From: Eledone cirrhosa
Taxonomy: Eukaryota
Direction of reading: 5' to 3'
NCBI GenBank assembly: GCA_964016885.1
Contig: OZ024741.1
Span: 198,648,001-198,712,000, forward strand
Length of the DNA stretch: 64,000 bases
Under the pieces are notes generated by a model. The model was given only the letters and a program-made list of their open reading frames with translations, searched no databases and was not told where the DNA came from. Below are positions 40,301-55,300 of this stretch, piece by piece (positions within the stretch are counted from its first letter, which is position 1; each line of letters opens with the position of its first letter). The translations under genes and the position numbers were made by a program.

Positions 40301-43300
40301 AGTGGCAAAAGCATTTCTGCAGACAATGGCCAATGACACCTGCAGCAACAGCCACTCCACATCACAGGACTCCTTCCTCAGATGGGTTGCTATCGATCAA
40401 ATTTTACGGAAGAGATCAATTGTGCGGTGTCTGAGGACGTCTGAGGTCTCGACGACAACTGGTGTAAAGAGGAAGCAACTCGACAAGCTCCGGTATTTGC
40501 TTTGACTTCCTGTCCTCTGCATTGCGAGTCACGGTGCTGGGGGTTGTGACTGAGGCAACTAACTTGGAAACGGAGAACATGTCACATCCCAGATGAAGGA
40601 TTTGAAAGGGAAGCGGGTAATTTCATCAGGGTGTTTGCCGTCAGTATATTGGAGGCCTACTGGCTCCAGTTTTGATTGGAAGCCGGCTGCGTGTAGGCTC
40701 CTTCTCATTATGTCATTGAGTGTAGCATGTGGGGGGGGGGGGGGGGGGCTGTGCTCTGGTGCCTGATGATGGGTGCAGGCTCAACTCATCGATGACAGCT
40801 TCACAACGGCATTTATGTGACTCACACGCATGGTGGCTGGGGTGTTGGCCTACTCTGATGCAAGTGCACTAGTCATCAAGAATGGTACTGGTTGATGAGA
40901 AAGCCATTGAATTGAGCCACACACTACTGTTTTGCTGTGGGGTGGAACAGAGGCAGGCGAGGCGGTGTTGGTCCAATCCAGACACGATCCGCCTGAAGGT
41001 AGACATGCACATGATGTTGTCCCAGTTACATTCAGCATTTGTATACTGGGGGACAGAGAGGCCTTCGCTGGTTCAGTCAACCACAGCCTGCTCCAGTTCT
41101 TGCGTCAGGCTCTGCCATTTTGCTGAGGACCTCGCTGATCAGGATGCAACTGGAGGTGATTGAGGAGAGGTAGGCTGGCTGTGTCAGATATGATGCAGAT
41201 TGGAGGCCGAGGTCACTGAACTTCACTGTGAGCTTTGCCTCTTGCCAGCCAGAGCTGTCAAATCTGTCATTGCAGATGAGTTCCACGCTGCTCTGGATAG
41301 TGGCATGGAGTTCACTGAGGTGATAAAAAATTTAGGAAGGGCATAGCAGTTCATCAGGAAGAAGAGCACTGGGTGCGTGTCAATTAGGCGCAATCTTTCC
41401 ATCATTCTCAACAGGTCTGCGTGCTTGGTCTCCTGGCACTCCTATATGGCTTTCGAGAGAATTGGAGAACCAAGAATGCAGGCAGTGTCTTTGGCCATTT
41501 GCTGAGCCCCAGACAAGATGGGATGTATGCTGAGTATGGCGTCATGTAATTTGGCCTCACCGTTGTTAACGTTTATCACCTCAGATTTGGATGGGTTGAT
41601 CTCGAATCTGAGGAGCTTTAGAGCTGGGATGATTAGCCGAAGGTCCTCAACTACCGACTGAGCCGAACCACTCAGCTCAAGTCGTCCAGGTACCAGATTA
41701 TTAATATATGACAGGTATTTTTATCCTCAATGTCATCATTTGATGTCCATTTTCCATGCTTGCATGGGTTAGATGGGTTGTTACATTATGAGATAAGTCA
41801 GGAGACCACATCTTACTCAATCAGATCTGTATTAAATCATAAACATTTCTTACATATACCATAATTATTAATAAGAATCAGTGAAATTCTGGACAAAATC
41901 TTTAGCTACTGAATTCTTGGAATATTTTCAGAATGAGAACTCATACAATTACTGGAATTAAATTTTCTTCTATTTTTCAAAACCTAATAACTCATAATCA
42001 ACATCATCATGGGCCCATTTCTCCTGACAGAGTGCACCATGGTAACATGCCAATCTCTAGTACATTTATTTAAACCAGACAAAGCCTTTCTCTTTCCACA
42101 TTTGAACACAGCTGGTTTCTTCCAGAGAGACAGAGACAAAGTGAGAAAGAGATATAGTGGAAGTACTAGACAGATCTTCACCCTTCATTGTTGAATCATA
42201 TATATTCTATATTTTTATTCTGTAAGAAGTACTCATTAAGAGACGTCTGAACGAGTATCCTCTGACAGGATGGAGAATACACTGGAACAACCACTCCACC
42301 TTGCACCTGTGGATGGCCAACTGATAGCAATGAGTAGGGATGTAGTCCAAGGGCCAAGAATGCCAGAAGTCTCCACTGCTACAAGCTCTACCACAAACCT
42401 ATCTTAGAGTGACCGATAATTGGACAGTTTGCCCACTTTAGCTTGGCAGGCAGCAGAACACACCAGGTTGCCATCTGAGTAGGTGTCACAGCTGGTGGCA
42501 TCCCAGATGAGAGGCCTAACCCTGCGGAATGAAAAGATTGTGATGCCATCTGGCTCTTTTCCATCACCTTGGTCCAGCCCTGTTGGCTTGAGCTGGGAAG
42601 GGAAGCCTGCGCTGTACAGGCCATGCTTTATGATCTCATTAAGAGTAGCATGGTGTGGGGGGTGGCCATCACTGTAACAGCATGACAGTTGGTGGAGATT
42701 GAAAGGATCCACAATGGTACCATAGATGCGGAGGCCAAGCCTCAGGAAAATACCAATGCATAAGAAGTCGCTGTCCAGCTGAGTGTCAGTCGCAAGTGAG
42801 GGAACTGCATTGAGCCAGGCACCATTGTGGGGTTGGGAGGCCAAGCAGCAACATGCCAGATGGTGCTAATCGAACCAGCGCACCAGCCCGTCAATTTGAA
42901 AAGATGAAAGGCAAAGTTGACCTTGGCAAGATTTGAATTCAAAGAATAGTGAGTCCGAATGAATACTGTTGAGCATTCTGTCTGATGTTCTAACAACTCT
43001 GTCAATATTTACTTGGCTGCAACAATGTTTTCTAATAAGTTCTAGTTAAATAGGTTTTATCAACTAGTACAGAAGTGAATAAGAATTATTAACCATAAAA
43101 AAAAAAGGATTTACTTACATATTTTCAATGAAGAAGCATGAAGCTAGTTTTTTAACAATTTTCATATTAGCTTCAGGCCACTTCAACATGTATTGTCGGC
43201 CAACAACCAAAACCTTCATTTTTTTAATCAAAGCAAAATATTCAACTGTTTTCCTTAACTGTAAAAGAAAAGTAATATACAAGAGATACTACAAAATTAG

Positions 43301-46300
43301 CCTTTCATATGAAAGAAAAGGTCTATAGTTAAGTTGGCATATAAAGAAATAGATTCTGCTCAAAACAACTACTAATTAACCTTTTGTAACCATATTTCTA
43401 ATGAAATACACTAAATGTTTGAAATAATTTTAGAATTAATAAAAACTTTAGAGAAATATAATAATATCACCAACTTCTCAATGAAACAGCATTTAACAAA
43501 AAATTATTTAAAAACGTAATAATTGTTTCTACTTTTGGCACAAGGCCAGCAATTATCCCAGTGTATCACTGGTACTTTATTTTATCGACCCCGTAAGGAT
43601 GAAAGGCAAAGTTAACCTCGGCAGGATTTGAACTCAGTCCGTAAAGGGACGTAACTGTGCTGCAAACCATGGCGTCCAACCCTCCACCGATACTGCCAAT
43701 CCACCGTAATAATGGAAGCTTTCAGTATAAATATGAACACTTGAAAAATGGACAGCTTTATATCATAAAACCAGGGCCAATTTCATATGAGTTAGTATCA
43801 AAATGTTTAATATAACTTTACAAATTACATGTTTGGCATAGATATCACATAAAAATAATTGAAGGAGGTTTCTGAACAAAGGTTTTGTTTCTGTTATTGC
43901 TGTTAACCGTATTTTAGTGTCAGTGTCCATATTTCTATGTTGATATTTATTGGACGTGTTTGTAATACAGAAATTGTCTGTTATGTTCAACATTCTGAAA
44001 TCTGACCTAACTCTTTTCCCTATGTCTCTCATGGTCTTTCTTTACTGTAAATACCTCCTTATGTCAGTATTCTTTCACCATGCTTACATATCACATATTA
44101 GTGCAATCACCTCTCCTATATACATTAGTTGATGCCTTTCTTAGTTCATTTCTTGTACCCTATAACATCCAGTGAATCATACTCCCATTCTTCCTCTCCA
44201 ACCTACACACATCTACATTAACCATTTCAATATCAATTTTTAATGAAATACATTATCTGAATTGAAGAATTTGCTAAAATTATAAGATATTTCGTTATTA
44301 AGATAATATTTGTAACATGACTTAGCAAAATGTTCCTATATGAAATTATGTCAAATTTTAATTTAAATAGAAATCCTTTAAAATGAATGGTTTTGTTCCA
44401 TAGAACCAGAGGCAGTTCTGGGTGAGTTGGTATTGAAAGAGTTAAATACCCATATCTCTCAACCATTTAGTATCACTTTTTACAAGTGTTTTATAGTCTG
44501 CATTTTTCTCTAAAGAGACTGATGCTTTGTTACCAAAGACCCTTTGGAGGAACCCCATATCAGCCACTTGTATTCACAATCATATTCTTTCGGTCATTAC
44601 CCAAGATTCATGACCATAGGTAAGGGTTGGCACAAATACTGAATTGGAGATAGCTAGTTTGGCTTTTACACCTTCCTCTCTTCTGATTACCGAATGCTGA
44701 AGCTGGCGCATTACTGCACCAGCTCCTGCGATTCTTGCATTTAATGTAGCCCTCTGCCTTCTATCATTCGTGAACACGGCCCCGAGATACTTTAACATCT
44801 CTACCTGCTTCAGTGAAACTCCATTCATTTATGTAGAGTGCACTGTGTAGGCTTCCTTGAGAAGATGAGTGTCTGAGATTTAACAGCACAAATTTTCATT
44901 CCAGCCATACAGCACTCAGCATCAAACCTATCATATGCAAGTCTGAAATCACTGTCTGTCAAATTAAGTAATACCATATAGTCTACAAATTCCAGCTGAC
45001 TGATTTAACACCTGACAGTCATAATACCACTTCCAACACGGCTGCGCATGTCAATCCTGTTTATGAAAATAATTGTTTCTACTTTAGGCACAAGGCCAGC
45101 AATTACCCAGTGCATTACTGGTACTTTATTTTATCGACCCCGTAAGGATGAAAGGCAAATGAAAATAATGAACAGAAAAGGTGACAGTACGCACCCTTGG
45201 TGGAGTTCAACTCATACATTGTGATGGTTTTGATTTAGCACCATTTATCTGAACACAAATACTTGAGCATTTGTATAAAGATATCAGGTCAGCAAGGAGC
45301 TGACCATGGATTCCATACTCATGCAGGACCTTACACAGCAGGTCCCGAGGAACGTAGTCATATGCCTTTTCGAGGTCTGCAAAACAAGAATACACCTCTT
45401 GGCAATACTCCTATGATTTCTTGAAGACCTGCCGCAGTGTGAAGATTTGGTCGGCTGTGCCGCGTCCAGGGCGAAATCTGCACTGTCCATCATCTAGTTT
45501 GGACACGACAATCTCCCCGCTTCCATTTTTCAGACACTTAGTGTAGACTTTACTGGGGAGGCTTAACAAGGGGATCCCTTTATAATTGGAAGTCTCTCAT
45601 CTCCTCTTTTGAAAATTAGGATTATCACTCCCGATTGCCATTCCTTAGCTGTCTTTGCAGAGATCCAAGCCACCCGGCACACATGTGCCACGCAGAGAAC
45701 ACCTTCTCTATTTAACCCTTTAGAATTCACATTACTCTATATTTACAATTGTATTTTCACAGTAAAGGCTTTATCTAACATAATATCGAAGCTATGAGAT
45801 TTTGATGTTATCTATTTTGGAGAACAATACCTTAACATGAGTGGTCAGTTACAGCTGGTTTGAACAGAAAGAGGTGAGAGAATTCTGGCCGGATACGGCC
45901 GGTTTAAATGCTAAAGAGCTAAGGGCTAAGGCTTTTAACATCTCAGACCAGATTTCATCTTCCTCAGCAGCCCAGCCACATTTGAGCTCTTTAACTACTC
46001 TTGTAACCTCAGCCTCTGAGAGATTAGTCACTGCTCTCAGATGCACCTCATGTACACCAGAAGGTGCTGTTGTGTTCGAGTTTAGTGGATCAGCAAAGTA
46101 TTCTCTCCATCTTGCAAGGATGCACCTCTCTGAAGAGAGGAGAACCCCAGATACATTCTTAATAGCAAGTATTGAGGAGGACCTTTTATGACGAAGTCGG
46201 TGGATGGTCTGCAAGAACACTATTTGCTGATCTGAAGTCAGATTCCAGCTTAATCCCAAAGTCCTCCCATGTCTTAACTTTGGATGCCTTTACTGTCTGT

Positions 46301-49300
46301 CTCTGCTGCAATTCTTCATGCCTGCTTATACCGCAAATGCAAGAAGGATGACTTATTTCCAAGCCAAGTTTTGTAGGCCTCCTTTGCTCGGATGACATCT
46401 TTGACCTCTTGATTGAACCCAGGGGTCCTCCTGCCAACCGGCACCACACCAAGCCTCTTTCTGCTGCAGCATTTAACAACTGAAGCAATAGCACCCACTT
46501 TGAGAACCTCTCATAAACCTATCATAAAGATAATAATGATTTCATGCCAACATGGTAAAATGAATCAACAGAACATACCTGCAAAGATTTATTTCTCATT
46601 TGACCCATTTTTAAAGAAACATTCAAAGAATCCAAAACTACATCAAAAGGTGCTTTTTCTGTAACAAATATCTTGAAACTTTCAAGTTCTGTAGGATTTG
46701 TATTATGATAGATATCCTTTCCAACCAGAACCTTCTCAAAAAATAAATTACGAAGTTTTTGGAACTGTGAAAATGGAATATCCAATTTATCTATAGCTGT
46801 ATAACAATTTGGACATCTTCCGCTAAGAAAGAAAAAACAAGCAAAGAAGAATAAGAGATATAATTTATATACACACACACACATGAGCCACATGCTATGT
46901 GACCCACTGCTTAAAGAAGTTTGCCCATGCCTGGTGTAGATACTACGACTATGTATAAAGGTACTTTAATCGATAACTTATAGATTACAAGTTCAATGCT
47001 CATCATATCCTTTAATCAATGTACTATGGACAAAGCACATAGCTTAAGTCAACCAGGTGGAACAACCAATTTTACTTCACCAATAGTACATTTTCTAAGA
47101 ATTTCTGAAAATGTTTGTATACATTTAATCCAGTTTCTCAAACTTAAGTTATTGATAAAACAGTGACAACATTGCAACTGTGCAGAAAAGATGTACTAGT
47201 TGAATGTAAGTCTTGAAAGATAGAGCTGTATACTGTGAAAACCTGGAGAATAACTATTTCACAAATTTTATTAACCCTTTCATTACCATATTTCCAACAA
47301 ACAATACTAGGTTTCAAATAATTTTGAAAATAATTGGAAGAATTTAGTAAAATATCTAACTTTTTCATGTTGATGTTTGGAACATAACTAAAAATTCTGA
47401 CATAAAATGATGATGAAGTGTTTTAATATAAGGAACACTTTAAAATTGGGAGTTTTGTATTACAAAACTAGGGGCAGTTTCAAGCAGGTTGGTATCAAAA
47501 GGTTTAAATGTAGACAATAAGTAAACTCTGAAAACAGATTTCTGAAATGAAATCTAGAAATTAGAGTTAAGATTTATTTCCTCACACATTTTTGTATTTG
47601 ATGAGTCGTCATCATCATCATCATCATTTAACGTCCATTTTCCACGCTAGCATGGGTTAGACGGGAGTTGTCCCACTTGAGGCAAGGTTGGTCGGGTGAC
47701 CGTGTCTCGCTCATATAAGACTATCTGGCGGGTTTTCTACGGCTGGATGCCCTTCCTAACACCAACCACATTTACAGTGTGGAACAGAACTTTTTACCGT
47801 ATTACCTACACGGCCACATTACAGCGTGGACTGCCTGTTTTTTTCTCGTGACACCTACACAATCTCGATCTCATTTATTTGGACTGGATGTTGTGGTACC
47901 AACTTTACAGAGAGAGGGTGGTGTTGGTGGGAGTGGGAGGATAGGGTAGAGGTAGTGGATTGGGGTGTATATTTGGTTAAGAGGGGCCTACTGACTAGGT
48001 TTCGCTTTGATCCAGTGACATTGTCTTAGAGAGGTGCAAGTGTATAAGGTCGGAATTTATCAGATCGTCCCAGGTTTTTCTGGGTCTACTACTCCGTAAC
48101 TACCATCAATTTTGATCGCCCTGCACTTTTTTATACAGCTGTCGTCTTTCATGCGCATCACGTGGCCATACCAACGTAGTCTTCTCTCAAGTAAACAGCA
48201 TCTGAAATCTCTTATTCCTAATTTCTCACTTAGTTCATTTATGCTTTGCCATTCACGTATATTACTATTACACATCCAACGGAGCATGCATGCTTCGTTC
48301 CTTTCCAGTCTGCGCAGGTCCTCTGCACGTAATGCCCATGTCTCACTGCCATGTAGCATTGCTGTTCATATACAAGCATCATACAATCTGCCTTTCATTT
48401 TTAGAGAGAACCTTGTGGCCAACAGTGGAATAAGCTCTCTGAACTTTTTCCATCCCGTTCTGACTCTGCTACTGTACTTTCAGAACACCCTCCACCACTG
48501 CTGATTTTGTCACCCAGGTAACGGAAAGTGTCTACTATTTCTATAGAACCATCTGGGCAATAGAAGGAGCTAGTATCCTGTGGACACTTGCTACCTATTG
48601 CACCTGAGCATCGGCCACATATAAAGTCTACGTTCTCAGATAGTTTACCTGTGATCCCACTACATTTTTTATGTACCCATACTTTGCATTTGGGACATAA
48701 AATTAAATTTCTGCCAACTCCTTTCCTGCACACTGAGCATGGCCATTTCCCTGAGGGTACCTGTGCCTTATTTTCGTTTCTACAAACTAGGACTTTAATC
48801 TTAGACAAGTTAACTTTAAGGCCTTTTGATTCTAGGCCATGCTTCCATGTTTGGAATTTCTTCTCTACTTCAGCCATCGATTCAGCTATGAGCGTTAGAT
48901 CATCTGCGTATAGGAGTTCCCATGGGCAGCCGGTCTTGAACTCCTGTTATAGCCTGAAGGGCAATAATAAATAGGAGGGGGCTAAGGACAGAGCCTTGGT
49001 GAACACCAACTTTTACACTACATTCTACACAATATTCATTAATAATTCTAATCTTTCTGACTGTTTCATTATACATAGCTTATATAGCTCTCACAAGCCA
49101 TTCATCTACACCTAGTTTTCTAAAAGCCCACCAGATAATGGAGTAGGGGACTCTGTCAAAGGCTATCTCCAGGTCTACAAAAATTAAGTATAGGGGTTTA
49201 CATTTAGCTAGATTCTTCTCTTGTAATTGTCGTACAAAGAAAAGAGCGTCTGTGGTACTTTTACCTGACAAAACAAAACTGTATTTCATCTAGCTCAATT

Positions 49301-52300
49301 CGCTCTCTCTTTGGTTGCGCTATAACTCTTTGTGTGACTTTCATGACCTGGTCAACTAATTTAATGCCTCTATAGTTTCCTCTATCTAGAGCATCTAATG
49401 ATGATGTAGCAGTTAATGATGATGCTGCTACGTCTTTTGGTATGACCCTGTTCTGTATTACTTGGTTAGCTAGCATAGTATGTCCCACCATTCCAGATGC
49501 CTTCAACATCTCAGCAACTATCTCCGAAGGCCCAGCTGCCTTGCCTGTCTTCATATCTTTGATTGCCTTACTTATACTACCTTTAACTTGCACCGCTGGT
49601 CCTTCTATTGGATCGATTTGGGGCAGACTATTTTTTTCCCACTTATTCTCCTCATTTAATAGTCTCTCGTAGTGACACTTCCAGGCTATCTTCTTATCAG
49701 CATCAGTGAGGGCATTACGGACACACTTCTCCCCGACAATATCATGGTTTTCCTTGACACATTGTCTAGCAATCCTGAACACCTCACGTTGTAGAACATG
49801 CTTGAACTTTCTTTCCTCTGCTTCCCTTTTTGCAAGGTACACTTGTCTCCTAGCTTCTCTCCTGGCCACTTCAAAGTGCTCTCTACTTCCCCCATCCTGC
49901 CATACTTTCCAAGCCTGCTTTTTGGCCTTGATTGTCTCTTCTACCTTACTGTTCCACCACAAATTACTCTCCTACTGCCAATAAGTCTGCTCCAGCCACA
50001 GATTTCATCCGTTGCTTTCAGCAGGTTCACTTTCAAGAATTGCCACTGTTCCACTGTCTCTAATTGCTCTTCTTTATTGTCAAAGGCATCAAATAATAAG
50101 GTTTTAAATTTGTCACTGGCTATGGGGTCCTTCAACTTCCATATTCTTCTCCTCAAGGTAGGCCTCCTCTGTCGTTGAGTACGTCTATTCCTGACTATGA
50201 GGTCACTAACTACTAGGCTATGTTGGGAGGTGCATTCTTCACGGGGGAGGGATTTAGTGTTTACAACAGAGACTTTGTCCCGTCTTCTAGTAAGGATATA
50301 ATCTATCTGGCTGGCGTGTTCCCCTGATCTATAGGTGATCAAGTGGTTTTCACGTTTTTTGAAGTTTGTGCTACAGATAGTTAGGTTATTGGCGTCACAG
50401 AATTCCAGGATTCTGAAGCCTTCCTCATTTCTATTTCCAACCCCATAGCCTCCATGGATTCCATCATAGCCATCACTATGTTGTCCAACGTGGCCGTTTA
50501 GATCGCCAGCAATAATTAAGTAGTCGCTGTCGGTTATTTGGGAGGTAGTGTGCATTAGCGTCTCATAGAACCTGTCCTTTATAACGTCAGGTAGACCAGA
50601 TTGGGGTGCATAAGCGGATATTATTGTCACAATAGTTCTATTTAGAACTAGCCTTATTTTAATTATTCTGTCATTTACTCTATGTCAATTACTTTATCTA
50701 CCCATTTTTCTGCTAACATAATTCCTACTCCACCCTGTCTGTTGTCATTTCCCACCCAGAAAAGTTTATAGCATCGTTTTTTACCCACGATGAAACTGGC
50801 AGACCCCCCCCCCCCTCTCCACCTAGTCTCTTGAATACAACAAGTGTATCTATTAAAGCAAATCTTTTTAACAAAACGACATGTAACTTTTAAATATATC
50901 TTATGTCAGCTATTATAAGAAATCTAAATACTATTCGATAGTAAAGTTATAACTACCATAAAAATCAAAGTTTCAAAACTTATTTGTATCCTAATCATCA
51001 TCATTTGATAAGTTAACCCCTATCTACCAGATATTATCAAGTATATGAGTTTATCCTGGGTTTCAAAGTATTAAAAAGATGAGGAAACATTTTTTTCTTT
51101 TAGTCAAAACTCTAGGTTATCAGAGATCTTGGACTTGAAATGATCACTGCAAGTTAATGAAATACTTGTTAATTATGGATTGCTCCTACTGCTTAGAAAG
51201 TGGAAGTGATTTATATCATGATATCTATTTAAAGCAAGGCAGCAAACTGGCAGAGTTGTTAGAACTCTGGATAGAATGTTTTGCAGTATTTGTTCCAGCT
51301 CTCTGAGTTCAAATCCCACCTAAAGGTCAACTTTACCTTTCATCCTTTCAAGGTAAAAAAAAAAAAAGTACCAGTCTAGCACTGGGGGTCAATTCTTCCT
51401 CACTTCTCTCTCTCACCTTCTTGTGGAAAGGGGATGGGGTCTGTCAGGTTTAAAGTGCCAAAGATGCACCATATATCTCGATGGCACTGTTACGATTTCA
51501 GCAGGAGTTGTGGGTGCATACATCTATTTACAGCCAGGTGGATTAACCCAAAACAGATAACTGTCTTTACTATGGACATACTAGTGTAAATCTTCACAAA
51601 TATCATTAACATTTATTAAATCACAAAATAAATAGTGCACTCAATAGAACATAGGACTGTATGTAAGCGAGATACAGATTTACCCCCGACCAGTCTAGAA
51701 GACCAGTATTCCCACTTCAGTACTGACTTGGTCTATGTAGATCTGTCCAGCCCTTGCTAGCAGGGAAAGCGAATGTAACACAATCTTGATAAAGCTTCTT
51801 TCAAATTGAGCTCTTTACATCCTCAATATCAATTAATACTATGATCTCAAGGAAAAGAAATGAAAATATCTGGCAAATTTTACACCATAACAGAGGTTCA
51901 AAAATATTTTGAAAATTAAACAGTTACCCTTTATCTAATTTGATCCATGCTTCAGACCAGCATTCCTTGTTTCCATCTCTGAAAAATAATTACAATAATT
52001 AAATGACATAATCAGATATATTATCAGAGACATATACCTTTCATAATCATCATTTTGACATCCACTTATTCATGCTGGCATGGGTTGGGCAGGATGTTTT
52101 GAGACAATGTTTTGAGCCAGATGCCATTCTTGATACCAACTCTTCTTAGTTGCCTCTTATAACATGCAGAGATATGGTGTACCCATTCTAAAAAACCAGG
52201 ATACACCCATGTAAAAAGACAATTGAATAAGTACAGAAAACCACCAAATTACCTATCAGTTTCTAGTTCAGCACACAAAAGTTGATTTAGTCTCTGTCTT

Positions 52301-55300
52301 TTTATCAACTCTTTCTTCTGATAGGAATGTGACAAACAAAATGTGAACCTACGAATTTTTCCTCTGTGATGAAAATATTCCATTCACTCAATACTAGTTT
52401 TTCAGACAGAGATTATATCAACACACATGTAAAAATACACACACGTGTACATGTAAAAATACATACATAAATATGCATGTGAAATGCACACACATACATA
52501 TGCATATAAAAATACACATTCCCACACACATATACATGTAAAAATACACACATACATGCATGTAAAAATGCACATGCATACATGTAAAAATAAACAATAA
52601 TACATTATCAAACAAGCAATCAATACATAATCAATACTTTACATATAATAAAAAAATTCAAGCTTTCCATAACTTATTTGATATAATCAGATACCTTTTT
52701 GTTCATACTGCCTTTCTTCTTAAATATGCTTTACTTAAGAGAAAATGGAGCCAAGTAAGCAAACAAAATGTTCAGTTGTACAATTTGACCACTGCTTAAT
52801 CAGTTATTATGATACCTAATTTACCTCATCATCATCATCACAGTTTTAACATCTAGTTTCAATGCTTTCATGGGTTAGATGGGTTGTTACATTGAGGCTA
52901 GACAGATCAAATGACTATATCTTGCTCATATGATCCATTTTACTTAGATGTCCTTCCAAATGCCAACTACATTACAGTGTTTTTCATAGCATTACTACTA
53001 CTACTTGATAGGGTAGACTGGGTGCTTTTTGTTGTAGTACCAGTACAACCACCTTACAGGGAGGACTGGATGCTTTTTATCATGGTACAACTACTTTACA
53101 GGGTACTAATACAACTGGTACCTGGGTACTTTTTTGTCATGGTATCTATACAACTGCCATACAGAGTGGACTGGGTACTTTTTTGTCATGGTACCATTAC
53201 AACAGCCACACAGGGTGGACTGGGTGCTTTTTGTTGTAACAATACAACCACCTTATAGGGTGGACTGGGTACTGTTTTTTATCATGGTACCTGTACAACT
53301 GCTATACAGGGTGGACTGGGTGCTTTTTATTGTAGTACAATACAACCACTTTACAGGGTGGACTGAGTGCATTTTGTCATGTTACCAACACAATCACCTT
53401 TCCTAGGTGTTTATAATTGATATTTAATTATCTTTGTATTTTTATAGGTATACACTTGAGAATAAAAAACAAGACCAAATAGTTAAATCACATTTGTTGA
53501 GTAGCACCATTCATCTCTTCTCCAATAGTCACTGCATTCAATTGATATTCTAACCATTGCCATGTTGTCTTAATAATTGTTTCTACTTTTGGCACAAGGA
53601 CAGCAATTACCCCAGAGCATTACTGGTATTTTTATTTTATTGACCCTGTAAGGATGAAAGGCAAAGCTAACCTTGGTAGGATTTGAACTCAGAATGTAAA
53701 TGGCCATAACTCTATGCTGCAAAATATGGTGTCTGACGTTCTGCCGATACTGCCAATCCACTGCCCTTGTCTAATTATGAGGCATACGTTATACTTGAGA
53801 ATGACCCAAAGACACAAGTAACCAATCAAACAAAGCATTCAATCAGTCTTTCTAAAAATGGTGTTGACTAAATCACAGTGGGTTCTTATTGATGGATATT
53901 TCATATTGAGCATACGAAGAGACACCATTACTGATATTGATAGCTACAATGCCAGAAAAATGCTGGTGAATCAAAAAATGTTATAGTTTAAATAATTTCA
54001 AGTAAATAAAGAATATATGTATATGTATGGTGCTGAATTGTCAGAGTTGTTAGGGATTTGGATTAAAATTGCCTTGCTATTTATTCTCACTCACTTCATT
54101 CAAGTCCTACTGAAGTCAACTTTACCTTTCACTCTTTCAAAGGCGATAAATAAAATACCTCTCCAGCACTAGAGTTCAATTCTTTCCATCAAGAGTTAAA
54201 GGTTCTTTACCATACATGTATATATGGAGAACTTTGACAAGTTGAGCAAGTACTGTAGCAAATTAAGGGAAGTAATTTGTGTCAATACAGATGACCTACA
54301 AACTGGCTACTTCAGATTCAGAGCCAATACTAGTTAAGAGTGCAAGGTCCTCATAGGAGCTGCACTGTGCCCAGCTAACTAGACCTAAGTGCTAAAGGCA
54401 CAGTCTGATTAACTGGACAATAGACTAAATACAACTCAGTATTTTAAGGAACACTGTATAATTGGTGAGTGTTATTAACATTGTAAAGTGGAATTTCCCT
54501 TTGTCAGCAATTTTCTCTCTCACACACACAATTGATAATATTAATTTCTAATTTAGACCAAAACTGCTCATTTTAAAATGTTTAAAAGACACGGCAAAAA
54601 GCACCCAGCACACACTGTTAATGTGGTTGGCATTAGGAAGGGCATCCAGCCATAGAAAACCACTAGAAACACCCCTATATGAGCGAGACACGGTCACCCG
54701 ACCCAACTTGCTTCTAAATGGGACCTGTCTAATCCATGCTAGCGTGGAAGATGGACGTTAATCGATGATGATGATGATAATTGTCCTTATATTAAAACTT
54801 TTCATTAAAAATTTTAGAATTTCTTAACAAATGTTCTAAATATCTGCTTATTCATGAAAAACTTAGTTATTTTGTTAAAAAGTATTTTTTCTCATATCTG
54901 CAAATTATGAACAAATTTCAAAACAATTTTATTTATACAACAGTAAAACTGAACATTATGCTTACCTTTTTAAATATTGTACAATAGCTAAGGGAACATG
55001 TTTGCTGGGTAGCCACCTGTATTTATTCATCATATGAAGCAAAACATCCATAGAAAAATTGCTGTTCCTCTTACATTCATTCAAAAAGGCCAGATATACA
55101 TCATCTGATGGAGATAAGCCTTTTGAGCCTATCTTGTGTAACAGAAGTATGCAACTAGTAATATCTGCAGCACGTATTGCAGCAAGAAACATGGGAGTGT
55201 AGTGTCTAGGAAGTGTTGGTTGAGTTAACTCTAATGTGGACAACAGTTTAAAGCAATCTTTCCAATTATTTGTACAACACAGTGCATTTATAACACATTT

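Noticed and set aside
52980-53400. CRISPR-like regularly spaced repeats
   Set aside because: No unique spacers, no cas genes and a eukaryotic context; it is a diverged minisatellite.
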